A stretch of 64,000 nt of DNA, from positions 1 through 64,000 of the forward strand of contig JALUTT010000108.1 of assembly GCA_027021705.1 (NCBI GenBank). The letters run 5' to 3'. Position 1 is the first letter of the stretch; each line of letters opens with the position of its first letter. The position numbers and the translations under genes are program-made. This stretch comes from Anaerolineae bacterium. Lineage in GTDB: Bacteria; Chloroflexota; Anaerolineae; S140-20. Below, one piece after another: positions 54,641-64,000 of this stretch. A model generated the notes under the pieces. That model had not been told where the DNA came from. It saw only the letters and a program-made list of their open reading frames with translations, and did not search any database.

Positions 54641-57326
54641 GCAATCTCTGCTAAACACGCACCTGCTCACGCGGATACGATGGAGCCTTCTCGGCGCCTT
54701 CTTGGCCATTCTGATCCTGCTCCACTTCCAACCTGCTCAGGGCCAGGAAGCGAGCAATGTTTATGAAGTATCCTTTGCCCAACTCGGTTATACCGATGAA
54801 ATTCTTCAAGGCCCTTATGGCAGCATCCGATATACCTTCAGCTTGCCGTCAAGCTGGCTTCCCTCAGGAGGCTCCTTGGTCTCCCTCAATCTCGCGTACA
54901 CCGTCAGTGGCGAGGCTGGTTCGGCTCCGGCCAGCGTTGAGGTATACCTCAACAGCACTCTGCTCCACTCTGAAGTGATCTCTTCCCCAAGGACCATATC
55001 CTTGAATGTACCGATCCCCGATCAGACGCTCCGCGTTGCTGAGGAACGGTACATCAACAATCTTGAGATTCGGTTCCGTGTGTCCGCGAGGTGCAAGGAA
55101 GCTCAATTCGCTAGTCTGACGATCCGTGCTTCCTCACGCTTTCGGTTCGCCTATCAGAAACGCCCCATTCCCTTGGACCTGGCCTTTTACCCAAAGCCTT
55201 TGTACGTCAGTCGAGCCTTTGAAACTCCTCCTGTTCACTTTATCCTCCCCAACGAGCCGACTCCTTTAGAGGTAGAGGCTGCAGCAAGAATAGCTGCACG
55301 TCTCGGGATGCTCACATCTTACCAGCTCCCTATCGAGGCGAGCTTAGTCTCCCACCTGCCGGTTACGGCAACCCAACAACACCAGATTCTCATCGGCGAG
55401 CCCGGACGGATGCCTCTACTGGAGCAGCTAACCCTACCTGTGCCCTTCCATCAGCGTTCTCTGGGGCTCTCCAGCCAAATGCCGGCATCGGTGCAGCCAG
55501 GGCACTCTTTCACCTATACGCTTGTGGTGCAGAACTCCTCCTCTCAGGCCAAGGCTCTTGTCTTGGAAGACCACTTATCCCCCTTTGTTACCGTTGAAAA
55601 ATGTGATGCTTGCACAACCTTGTCGGATGAATCACTACGGTGGGACATCCCATCGCTACAGCCTGGGGAGACCTTCTCCCTCACCGTACAAGCCCGCCTC
55701 GACGCCCAGGCTCCACCTGGAGAATCCATCGAGCACACCGCAGTTTTGAAGGATGATGCTGCCCAGATCATCAACGTGGACACCTTAACCACGAGCATTG
55801 GGTTGGAACCAACAACCTCTTGGAAACTCTCCCCGCCCAAGGGACCATATTTCTTCGCCTTGGAGGATCGAGCCATCCCGGAGACCGACGGAGTGGTTCA
55901 AATCCTCCCCTCACCTTGGAACGATGAACGGGCCATCATCGTGGTGACAGGTCTGGACGACCAAGCGGTCTATCGGGCCGCCCAAGCGCTGGCCTCCGGC
56001 AATCAAGTGTTGGGGCTCCAAGGTCAATTTGCCATCGTGCGATCTCTGCGGCCAGGGATTGAGCCCACCCAGAACCACGAACGCGAAGAACGCATCACCT
56101 TAGCCTCCTTAGGTTATGAGACCCTCTCAGCCGAAGGTCGACAGGCAACCTTCAAAGTCCGTTTCGACATTCCCCGAGGAGGACGCCTTACGGAAGAAGC
56201 CTTTATAGCCTTGCACATCGCCCATGGCGTAGCATTCAACACGATCTCTTCGTCGCTGGAGATCTACCTAAATAATCTCCCTGTGGGAAGCGTTGCATTG
56301 AAAGAGGACAATGCATCGGACAGCTGGGTAAAAGTGTCTATCCCCGCCCGGGAGTTGAAAGCAGGCAGGAATCAGATAGAGCTTAAGACAGCAGCGGACT
56401 GGCCGGCCTGCATGGACGAGGAAGACATCGCACGGCTATGGGTCACGATCTATGATGACTCCTACTTATACCTATCTTTGGAGGTCCCGGAGGAGCGCTC
56501 GGCCTTTGATTTAGCTGATTACCCAAGATTCCTGTTTTCGCGCCCAGGTCTTCAAGATGTGGTCATTGTGTTGCCCCAAGCGATCACCTCACCTCTCCTT
56601 AAAGATCTCTTACAATTGCTTTCTTACCTGGGGAGCATAACTAAGGGGAGCTACCTCGCGCCGCGAGTGGTGTTCGGTGAGCCAGGAAACGCTCCGACTG
56701 ATCCCATTTGGTCTCAGTATAACGTGATAGTGGTGGGACGACCAACCCAGAACCCCTATGTAGCCTTTCTGAACGAGGAGCTTCCTCAGCCGTTTCTCCC
56801 TGGGCGAGATGAAATCTACCAAGTGGTTGGCAATGTTGTATATCGTTTACCGCCAGACTATGATCTGGGCTCGGTCCAGATTATCTCTTCCCCATACAAC
56901 CGGCAACGTCCTGTCTTGGTAGTGACAGGGACAACAGACCAAGGGGTAGAATGGGCGCTCCAGGCCTTGGCGAAGCGGGAGCTGATCTCTCGACTCGCAG
57001 GGAATATGGCCTTTCTGCTGGGAGCAATGCAGATGCACCTGGCCGGCCCCAATCAATTGGCCTCTACCCTTGTGCCCCCGCCAACTCCTACAGGGATGCC
57101 TTGGGTTGCCGAAGAGACGGCCACTCCCACCCCCTCACCTACCAGCACGAAAGTTCCGACAATCACACCTGCGATCACCCTCCCGGACATTCCCACTGAC
57201 ATCCCCGCGCCAGGTGGGGAAGTATCCAGCCAACGGCCGTCTTCCAAGAGCTTGGTCCTTCTAGGAGTAAGCCTAGTGATGATGGTCGGAGCTACAGCAG
57301 CCCTCCTCTGGCAGCGACGACTCTAG
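54633..57326 (+). CDS. BcsB-like extracytoplasmic protein with inserted DUF11-like domain and C-terminal membrane anchor
   Basis: Duplicated module (FAQLGY/LASLGY, YLNST/YLNNL, DLAFYP/DLADYP, SPWN..VVTG/SPYN..VVTG); FTYTLVVQN insert; PT linker, TM, RR. Confidence 0.7.
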   Translation: MTKQSLLNTHLLTRIRWSLLGAFLAILILLHFQPAQGQEASNVYEVSFAQLGYTDEILQGPYGSIRYTFSLPSSWLPSGGSLVSLNLAYTVSGEAGSAPASVEVYLNSTLLHSEVISSPRTISLNVPIPDQTLRVAEERYINNLEIRFRVSARCKEAQFASLTIRASSRFRFAYQKRPIPLDLAFYPKPLYVSRAFETPPVHFILPNEPTPLEVEAAARIAARLGMLTSYQLPIEASLVSHLPVTATQQHQILIGEPGRMPLLEQLTLPVPFHQRSLGLSSQMPASVQPGHSFTYTLVVQNSSSQAKALVLEDHLSPFVTVEKCDACTTLSDESLRWDIPSLQPGETFSLTVQARLDAQAPPGESIEHTAVLKDDAAQIINVDTLTTSIGLEPTTSWKLSPPKGPYFFALEDRAIPETDGVVQILPSPWNDERAIIVVTGLDDQAVYRAAQALASGNQVLGLQGQFAIVRSLRPGIEPTQNHEREERITLASLGYETLSAEGRQATFKVRFDIPRGGRLTEEAFIALHIAHGVAFNTISSSLEIYLNNLPVGSVALKEDNASDSWVKVSIPARELKAGRNQIELKTAADWPACMDEEDIARLWVTIYDDSYLYLSLEVPEERSAFDLADYPRFLFSRPGLQDVVIVLPQAITSPLLKDLLQLLSYLGSITKGSYLAPRVVFGEPGNAPTDPIWSQYNVIVVGRPTQNPYVAFLNEELPQPFLPGRDEIYQVVGNVVYRLPPDYDLGSVQIISSPYNRQRPVLVVTGTTDQGVEWALQALAKRELISRLAGNMAFLLGAMQMHLAGPNQLASTLVPPPTPTGMPWVAEETATPTPSPTSTKVPTITPAITLPDIPTDIPAPGGEVSSQRPSSKSLVLLGVSLVMMVGATAALLWQRRL

Positions 57327-57336
57327 GAGGGCCAAG

Positions 57337-58437
57337 GTGGTTGGAGTAAACTGGTATCGCACATCGGCTCTGAAACTCTATAACTATCTCATCAGAACCC
57401 ATTGGAATGGCGAAGCGCTTGTTGGTCCAGATCCCATTGGGAAGATCCATTGGCGGGTGACCCGCTTTGTGCGCAGCTATTTGCCTTGGCTGCCTGGAGA
57501 CGATCGGTACATCTACCTTCAAGGGCAAGCATACTGGATTAGGGCCAATTGGCGGCTGCTCCGTCAGACCGGCAATCACCGGTATCGAGAGATCATCCGC
57601 CGGTGTGCCGATTACATCGTCCACAGCCAACCGGAAGATGGAGCTTGGCGACATCCCCCTATTTGGGGGCGTCGAGGGTTCATCTCCACCGTGGAAGGGG
57701 TCTGGGCCTGCTTGGGCTTGATGAAAGCCCACGAGGTGATCGGAGATGCATCCTACCTCGAGGCCGTCCGCCGGTGGCTAGAGGTCCAGATCCACACCAT
57801 CGGGTTTCAGACTGTCGGCGAAGGTTGGGCAGTCAACTACTATGCCCACTCCAACAGCAAGGTCCCCAATGTGACCACGATGACCATCTGGCTTTTTGGG
57901 GAAATGATCACCAAAACCGGTGAGACGGCGTATGTTCCCTATCTGGACCGGATGCTCCGTTTCATCCAAGACTCCCAGATGGACAACGGGGAGCTGCCTT
58001 ACGCTCTAGGCGCACGCCCCCACTTCATGTGTTACCAGTACAACGCTTTTGAGTTCTTGGACCTGGCCTCCTTTTTCGAGTTGACCCAAGACGAGCGCGT
58101 CTATCCGATCCTAAAGAGACAGGCTGCTTTCCTGCAGGGCGGACTAACCGGTCGGGGCAGTTGTCGCTACAACTGCTTTAAGGAGACACCCGAGGTGCAT
58201 TACTGGACAGCCGCGCTGGCTGCGGCGCTACGCAAGGCGTCGGAACTAGGCTTAGGGAACTATGAAGCCTTGAGCGAGCGGGCCTATCGCTACTTGCTAG
58301 GCCATCAACAGCCTGACGGGAGGTTCTACTTCTCCGAGCACAATTACCGCTTCTTACGCGATCGGCGTTCCTATCCTAGGTACCTGGCTATGCTCCTAGA
58401 ACATCTCCTGTACCGAGCGAGCGGGGTGCGGCAATGA
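57337..58437 (+). CDS. (alpha/alpha)-barrel-like protein of unknown function in the polysaccharide cluster
   Basis: QxxxG repeats (SQPEDGAW, SQMDNGEL, HQQPDGRF); GPDP motif. Confidence 0.65.
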   Translation: MVGVNWYRTSALKLYNYLIRTHWNGEALVGPDPIGKIHWRVTRFVRSYLPWLPGDDRYIYLQGQAYWIRANWRLLRQTGNHRYREIIRRCADYIVHSQPEDGAWRHPPIWGRRGFISTVEGVWACLGLMKAHEVIGDASYLEAVRRWLEVQIHTIGFQTVGEGWAVNYYAHSNSKVPNVTTMTIWLFGEMITKTGETAYVPYLDRMLRFIQDSQMDNGELPYALGARPHFMCYQYNAFEFLDLASFFELTQDERVYPILKRQAAFLQGGLTGRGSCRYNCFKETPEVHYWTAALAAALRKASELGLGNYEALSERAYRYLLGHQQPDGRFYFSEHNYRFLRDRRSYPRYLAMLLEHLLYRASGVRQ

Positions 58438-59705
58438 AAATTGCCTACATCCTCCTACACTTCCCCTATCCTACGGAAACTTTCGTGGCCGAAGAGATTG
58501 CAGCCCTCCGTACCCAAGGCACTAATGTGCAAATCGTCTCACTACTGGGGCCGGGGAAGGGGGTCGTACAGCCTCTATCCCAAAGATTGCTTCGTCACAC
58601 CTGGTACGCGCCGGGGCTATGGTCCCCTAAGCTTTGGATTGCCCAAGGGTTTTTCTTGTTCCAGCAGCCCCGCCAATACGCAGCTCTCTTGAGTCGCCTT
58701 ATCCGACAGCCTTACCCGAAACGCTTCTTACCCTTGCTGCTCAAACGATTGGTGATCTTTTTGAAGGCCATCGCAACCGCTTATCATTTACGGACTTCTT
58801 CCATCCAGTTGCTCCATGCTCATTTTGCGTGGCTTCCAGGTGCCGCGGCTTGGATCATAGCACGTCTCTTAGGGCTCCCCTTCACCGTTACCGTCCATGC
58901 ATATGACCTTTACTACTCCAACGATCTGTTGACCCTGGTGATAGGCGAGGCCGAACGGGTTATAGCCATATCGGAGTACAACCGTGAGTATGTTATGGCC
59001 CAAGGGAACTGCCCTCGGGAAGCCGTCACCGTCATCCACTGTGGGGTCAACTTCGCGGAGATCCCCGCTCGCACGACACCACGGAGACGGCCCCCTGGGG
59101 AACCATTGCGAATCCTATCTGTGGGAAGTCTTGTGCCCAAGAAAGGGCATGCGGTCTTGATCTCCGCTTGCCACCACTTAAAGCAAAAGGGATACGACTT
59201 TACTTGCACCATCATCGGCGATGGACCTCAAGCGGCCTCTCTGCGCCGACAGGTCCGAGAGAAAGGGCTGCAAACCTATGTCAACCTTTTGGGGCCTCGG
59301 CCCCATCCAGAGGTTATGGAAGCCTATGCCCACCACGATATCTTTGTCCTCGCGTCCATCGTCACACCTACGGGGGATCGTGATGGGATTCCTGTGGTGC
59401 TGATGGAAGCGGGGGCAGCGGGGTTGCCCCTAATATCTACCCCCATCTCGGGAATCCCTGAACTGGTACGTCACGGGCAGACCGGATGGCTGGTGCCATC
59501 TGGGGATGCCAAAGCTTTAGCCGAGGCGATAGAACGGCTCGCCCAGGACCCGGACCTGAGAGAGCGTCTAGGGGATAATGCACGCTCCCTGGTGGAATCG
59601 GAATTCCACCTGACGGAGAACGCTCGTCGCCTCCTTCTCCTTTTCCAAGAAGTCATCCAACAACACAGCACATCACAATCACCAAGCTTTGAAATCCCCG
59701 GGTAG
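58434..59705 (+). CDS. GT4 glycosyltransferase (WcaL-like)
   Basis: FPYPTETF, HAHFA, HAYDLY, PKKG, GDRDGIPVVLMEA, SGIPELV. Confidence 0.92.
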   Translation: MKIAYILLHFPYPTETFVAEEIAALRTQGTNVQIVSLLGPGKGVVQPLSQRLLRHTWYAPGLWSPKLWIAQGFFLFQQPRQYAALLSRLIRQPYPKRFLPLLLKRLVIFLKAIATAYHLRTSSIQLLHAHFAWLPGAAAWIIARLLGLPFTVTVHAYDLYYSNDLLTLVIGEAERVIAISEYNREYVMAQGNCPREAVTVIHCGVNFAEIPARTTPRRRPPGEPLRILSVGSLVPKKGHAVLISACHHLKQKGYDFTCTIIGDGPQAASLRRQVREKGLQTYVNLLGPRPHPEVMEAYAHHDIFVLASIVTPTGDRDGIPVVLMEAGAAGLPLISTPISGIPELVRHGQTGWLVPSGDAKALAEAIERLAQDPDLRERLGDNARSLVESEFHLTENARRLLLLFQEVIQQHSTSQSPSFEIPG

Positions 59706-59715
59706 GGAGTCAGCG

Positions 59716-61125
59716 ATGAAGCCAAACATCCTCCTGATCGTTTTAGATGCCGTGCGGTTCGACCACCTTTCCTGCTATGGGGCTGAGCGTCCTACTTCGC
59801 CCTCTCTCGATGCCTTGGCTGAACAAGGCGTCCTGTTTGAAAACGCCTTCGCGGCTGGATCCTGGACTCCGCCCTCCCACGCGGCGCTGTTCACCGGGAA
59901 ATATCCGTCTCAATGTGGGACGATGGGACACCAACTCCGCCTTAACAACTCCCACCTGACCATCGCGGAATTTCTGCGTCGCCAGGGCTACCGCACCGCT
60001 GGCATCGGAAGCGCCTGGATCAGTCGCCGTCAAGGTTTCGCCTATGGTTTTGAACACTTCGTCGAACTATGGCAACGGACTGATTGGCGCGATCTCGCCT
60101 TTACACGAGACCGCTTGCTGCGCAAGATCTACGACCGAGTGACCCACAGCAATGACGGGGGAGACTACGCGGCGGTTCAGTGGATGAAGCGATGGATCAA
60201 ACGGGTGAAAGGCCAAGGGCCTTTCTTTGGCTTTCTCCGCTTCCTTTCTGCCCACACGCCATACGCCCCCCCGCCTCCTTTCAAGAAACGCTTCGAGCCG
60301 GAGTTGGGTCCCCAAGACGACCTCAAGAAGCTACGGTTCTTGGCTGCCGATGGAGGTTACTCCTATATGGCCGGCTACCTGGAAGTCAGTCCCCGAGAAT
60401 GGGACATTATCCGAGCCTGGTATGACGCTTGCATCCTGTACATTGACTCCCTCATCGGAAGCCTGATCACTTGGCTCGAAGACCTCGAGTTGCTGGACTC
60501 GACCCTCATCATCGTTACCTCCGATCACGGCGAGAACTTTGGTGAGCACGGGCTTGCCGGGCATAGCTACTGCGTCTATGATACCTTGCTCCACGTCCCT
60601 CTAATCATCGCAGCACCTCAAGGCCTTATGCCAAGGGGGCAACGGATCAGCGACCTCATCTCCCTGGTGGACATTCTCCCCACCGTAGGGCACATCATCG
60701 GTGCGTCTGACGCAATACCGCCCGATGTAGCCGGTCAGAGCTTCTTTCCCCTCGATTCACAACCACGACGTGATGCTATCTTCGCCGAGTACGGCCCTCC
60801 CTATGCCTTCACCGTCTTCAAGCGTCTACATCCTGAGTTCTCTCCGACTCGGTTCGACCGCGCCCTCAGAACAATCCGCACCCAGACCCACAAATACATC
60901 ATGGGCTCTGATGGTCAGGAGGAACTGTACGACCTAACTGCCGACCCCGCGGAAGAACGCAATCTGATTGACGCGCACCCCGACTTAGCAAACCAACTGC
61001 GAGATCGCCTCATTGCCACATTAGGGGGCTTTGAGACGCTCTCTCCCACAGACACCCCAAGCCCTCTGAGTGCAGAGGAAGAAGTCCGTCTGATGGCCCA
61101 TCTACGGGATCTGGGATACCTATGA
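59716..61125 (+). CDS. Alkaline-phosphatase-superfamily sulfatase-like hydrolase/transferase
   Basis: PNILLIVLDAVRFDH, WTPPSHAALFTG, AHTPY, TSDHGE, LYDLTADPAE, LRDLGYL. Confidence 0.88.
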   Translation: MKPNILLIVLDAVRFDHLSCYGAERPTSPSLDALAEQGVLFENAFAAGSWTPPSHAALFTGKYPSQCGTMGHQLRLNNSHLTIAEFLRRQGYRTAGIGSAWISRRQGFAYGFEHFVELWQRTDWRDLAFTRDRLLRKIYDRVTHSNDGGDYAAVQWMKRWIKRVKGQGPFFGFLRFLSAHTPYAPPPPFKKRFEPELGPQDDLKKLRFLAADGGYSYMAGYLEVSPREWDIIRAWYDACILYIDSLIGSLITWLEDLELLDSTLIIVTSDHGENFGEHGLAGHSYCVYDTLLHVPLIIAAPQGLMPRGQRISDLISLVDILPTVGHIIGASDAIPPDVAGQSFFPLDSQPRRDAIFAEYGPPYAFTVFKRLHPEFSPTRFDRALRTIRTQTHKYIMGSDGQEELYDLTADPAEERNLIDAHPDLANQLRDRLIATLGGFETLSPTDTPSPLSAEEEVRLMAHLRDLGYL

Positions 61126-62486
61126 CCAGGCATTCCCTCTCTAATCCTGCCAGCGCTTCGACAAAAGGTGCAGAGCCTGTGAGTCACCATCTTCCCTTCC
61201 GCACTCTTGTTCGAGCTAAAGGGGTGTCCTTAGTAGGTTCCCGGCTGATAGCCATCGTCCGGCGCTACGGTTGCACTCCTGGAAAGTTGATGGCTTCCCT
61301 CAAAGCATTTGTGCAGCTTATGCACCAGCATAATGTACGTGCCACCCTCCCCATCCCTGGGATCGTCCTTGCACGTCATCCCGACGTCGCCCAGTATCTA
61401 CACCAATCCGGTATGGAATTGGCAATTCACGGATGGGCACACATCTCTTTTGCCGATATGTCTCTTGAGGAGCAAGTGGACTCCATCCGGCGTGCTCAGG
61501 CCGCCTTCTCCTCCATTGGTATCCCGGTCCAAGGGTTCCGCTCGCCCTACCTGAGTCGAAACGCCTCTTTGCTGGAAGCCCTTCGGCTAACAGGAATCCG
61601 CTACGTGAGCAATCAACCCATCTTATGGACTCTGCCCGACTTAGGAGCAGTGCCTTCAGGTCGGCGCTCCCTTTACCTGAGAGCACAAACATTCTATCAT
61701 CCCTGGTCATCGGAAGAACGGACACCCACGCCTCGTCTAAGAGGCTCTTTGGTAGAGATCCCTGTCTCGCTGCCCGACGATGAGATGCTTATAGACCGCT
61801 TGCACTTCTCTGACGCCCAACAGATCGCAGAGGCGTGGCTCCTCATGCTGGAAGACATCTACCATCGGGAAGGGCTCCTGACGCTACAAGCGCATCCAGA
61901 ACGCGCCCCTATCTATGCCCCTGCCTTGGCCGCTGTCCTACAGGAGGCCCGCCGCAAACAGCCGTCAATATGGATTGCCCCCTTGTCGGAAATCGCTGCA
62001 TGGTGGGAAACCAGCACCACTGCCCCAATCACGGCAAAACCGGTGGCCCCCCACCGATGGCACCTTCAGGTACAAGGCCCTCCCCAACTGGTATGGCTAT
62101 TGCGTGGGGTTGTCACCGAAACGGAAACCTGCCCCTGGATGGGAAAATACCTCGTGGCGACGATGCCCGAGATAGAGGTCTGTGCAGCCGTCCGCCCTTT
62201 TCTGGGAGTGCCTCTCCAGGCTTCAGAACGACTTGTGACTTTCCTGCGCGAGCAAGGCTACATCGTGGAGAGAAGCAACGTCCCTTCCCAATACGGCCTC
62301 TATCTGCATTGGGAGGATTTGGACCCTCACCGCGAACACCACTTGCTAACCCACATTGAGAATTCAGAAGGGCCTTTAATTCGTTTGGGAAAGTGGCCTG
62401 GTGGTGCTCGGAGTGCGCTGGCCGTCACCGGCGATATAGATGCACTGACCCTGGGGGACTACCTTTGGAGGATATTAGGGCGCTAA
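61122..62486 (+). CDS. Polysaccharide deacetylase family protein
   Basis: ELAIHGWAH, GFRSPYL, EIPVSLPDD, HPE. Confidence 0.8.
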   Translation: MTRHSLSNPASASTKGAEPVSHHLPFRTLVRAKGVSLVGSRLIAIVRRYGCTPGKLMASLKAFVQLMHQHNVRATLPIPGIVLARHPDVAQYLHQSGMELAIHGWAHISFADMSLEEQVDSIRRAQAAFSSIGIPVQGFRSPYLSRNASLLEALRLTGIRYVSNQPILWTLPDLGAVPSGRRSLYLRAQTFYHPWSSEERTPTPRLRGSLVEIPVSLPDDEMLIDRLHFSDAQQIAEAWLLMLEDIYHREGLLTLQAHPERAPIYAPALAAVLQEARRKQPSIWIAPLSEIAAWWETSTTAPITAKPVAPHRWHLQVQGPPQLVWLLRGVVTETETCPWMGKYLVATMPEIEVCAAVRPFLGVPLQASERLVTFLREQGYIVERSNVPSQYGLYLHWEDLDPHREHHLLTHIENSEGPLIRLGKWPGGARSALAVTGDIDALTLGDYLWRILGR

Positions 62487-62564
62487 ACAGCCTGACCAAG
62501 CGTGGTCTGCACGAGCCTCATCTACTGAAGCATAGGGAAGAGAATACCAGACGAGGAATGCTTT

Positions 62565-63761
62565 ATGGCAGCGTCTCACCACACCTACTGTATGGTCGTC
62601 CATGCGCACTATCCCATCGGGGAGCCCCGGGTGGAGCGTGAAGCAGAGGCCCTGGTCGAACAGGGATATGACGTCGAGGTCATTTGCTTGCGCCACCCTA
62701 CGGAGCCAGCCCTCGAAATCGTGGGAGGTGTGAGAATCTACCGACTGCCGGTTCACCGCCACAAAGGATGGGGACCTTTACGCCAGTTCCTCGAGTACCT
62801 AGCCTTTTTCTTCTTGGCGTTCCTACGCTTGAGCCGCTTCTCAGGCCGGTACAGTGTCGTCCATGTGCACAACCTACCGGATTTCCTCGTCTTTGCTGCC
62901 CTGGTACCCCGCCTGAGAGGAGCCCGGATTGTGCTGGACATCCACGACCTGATGCCTGAATTCTACCTCTCCCGCTTCGGCCATCGCGGAGGCCGTTGGG
63001 TAATCTTCCTCCTGCGCCTCCAGGAAAAGCTTGCTTGCCGCTTCGCCCACCACGTGATCACCGTGACAGAGCCCTGGCGACAGACCTTGATTCGGCGGAG
63101 CGTACCCGCCCACAAATGCTCCGTCCTCATGAATGTACCGGGGGATCGCTTCAGACGCGGTGCTGCCCGGTTGCCCAAAAAGCGTGCACCCTATTCGTTT
63201 CACCTAGTCTACCATGGAACCCTAGCGTATCGCTATGGCATTGATCTAGCAATCCAGGCAGTCGCCCAGATTCGCCAACAAATCCCTGGCTTACACCTCA
63301 CCATCCACGGACGGGGGGAGTATCTTGGTGATCTGCAACGGTTGGTAAAGGAGCTTGATTTGACAGACCACATCTCTTTCAGCACTCACTACATCCCGAT
63401 GGATGACCTCCCTGCTTTCCTAGTTATGGCTGATGTAGGCATCGTTCCTTACCGCCGCGACACTTTCACGGACGGCATCCTCCCCACAAAGCTTATGGAG
63501 TACGTTGCCCTAGGAATACCGGTGATCGCATCGCGCACCGCTGCCATAACGGCTTACTTCGACGAGTCTATGTTGGAATTCTTTCCTCCGGGGGACGTCT
63601 CGGCCCTGGCCCAGAGCATCTTGCGCCTCTACCGCGACCCCGCCCGTCGGGCTATGTTGGTTAAGAATGCCGACCGGTTCAACCGGCTGCACACCTGGGA
63701 ACACCAATCGACCCGACTGATTGAGTTGGCCAATCACCTGACCAACACTAGGAGGCATTAG
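62565..63761 (+). CDS. GT4 glycosyltransferase
   Basis: PRVEREAEAL, HVHNLPD, DIHDLMPE, PTKLMEY. Confidence 0.92.
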   Translation: MAASHHTYCMVVHAHYPIGEPRVEREAEALVEQGYDVEVICLRHPTEPALEIVGGVRIYRLPVHRHKGWGPLRQFLEYLAFFFLAFLRLSRFSGRYSVVHVHNLPDFLVFAALVPRLRGARIVLDIHDLMPEFYLSRFGHRGGRWVIFLLRLQEKLACRFAHHVITVTEPWRQTLIRRSVPAHKCSVLMNVPGDRFRRGAARLPKKRAPYSFHLVYHGTLAYRYGIDLAIQAVAQIRQQIPGLHLTIHGRGEYLGDLQRLVKELDLTDHISFSTHYIPMDDLPAFLVMADVGIVPYRRDTFTDGILPTKLMEYVALGIPVIASRTAAITAYFDESMLEFFPPGDVSALAQSILRLYRDPARRAMLVKNADRFNRLHTWEHQSTRLIELANHLTNTRRH

Positions 63762-64000
63762 ATGGCAGAGCCATTAGGCGCCTCTTCCTTGCGCCCAATC
63801 ACTACGCTGGACGAGGCGGCCTGGAGGGCATTTCTGGAGGCTTCTCCTCAAGCGAACATCTTTCTTACCCCGGAGATGTACCAGGTTTTCCAACAGACAC
63901 GCTATTACACTCCGGAAGTGTGGGCCGTTCAAGACCGGGATCATACCATTGTCGCCTTGATGATGCCTGTTGTCATCTCCTTAGGCGACCGTTTCCTCAG
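63762..64000 (+). CDS. Probable FemAB/GNAT-like protein, N-terminal part (truncated by the window edge)
   Basis: ATG follows AGGAGG; open to the edge; AWRAFLEASPQANIFLTPEMY resembles N-termini of polysaccharide-cluster FemAB/GNAT proteins. Confidence 0.55.
   Translation, partial: MAEPLGASSLRPITTLDEAAWRAFLEASPQANIFLTPEMYQVFQQTRYYTPEVWAVQDRDHTIVALMMPVVISLGDRFL

Noticed and set aside
1..64000. tRNA, rRNA, IS element, prophage or canonical defence operon
   Set aside because: No such motifs or genes were recognised in the ORFs or intergenic regions.

Overview
This is a high-GC bacterial chromosomal window, most likely from a Chloroflexota (Anaerolineae-like) organism. That assignment is inferred from the C-terminal YLPxVLR motifs, Pro/Thr-rich surface proteins and the SCO1664/DUF3090/MSMEG_4193 trio. 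From left to right it holds a histidine kinase coupled to a receiver-CHAT (caspase-like protease) fusion, a cell-surface locus (LPxTG protein, large DUF11-repeat protein, GT-C-like glycosyltransferase, BNR propeller), and a NUDIX-ecfT-mutS run. A subtilase-Kelch gene bracketed by composite palindromic repeats follows, then kinase-hypE-HAD, an EF-G paralogue, an ECF/ZAS/thioredoxin module with two matching promoters, the SCO1664 trio with amrS, and a 6S RNA. After housekeeping genes (RNase HI-like, ROK, plsY, rdgB) comes a Wzx/Wzy polysaccharide cluster that looks lower in GC and runs off the right edge. The most notable unexplained signals are four: (i) the receiver-CHAT fusion, a possible phosphorylation-gated protease; (ii) a shared promoter architecture of about four CTAAC-like boxes at 11-bp pitch just upstream of a TACAST -10, seen at three loci; (iii) the repeat-flanked protease cassette, whose six Kelch blades have a near-constant framework and two hypervariable sites; (iv) several non-coding repeat families and structured leaders. 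No CRISPR array, tRNA, rRNA, transposase, integrase or reverse transcriptase was seen. All family calls come from motif recognition by eye; no database searches were run.
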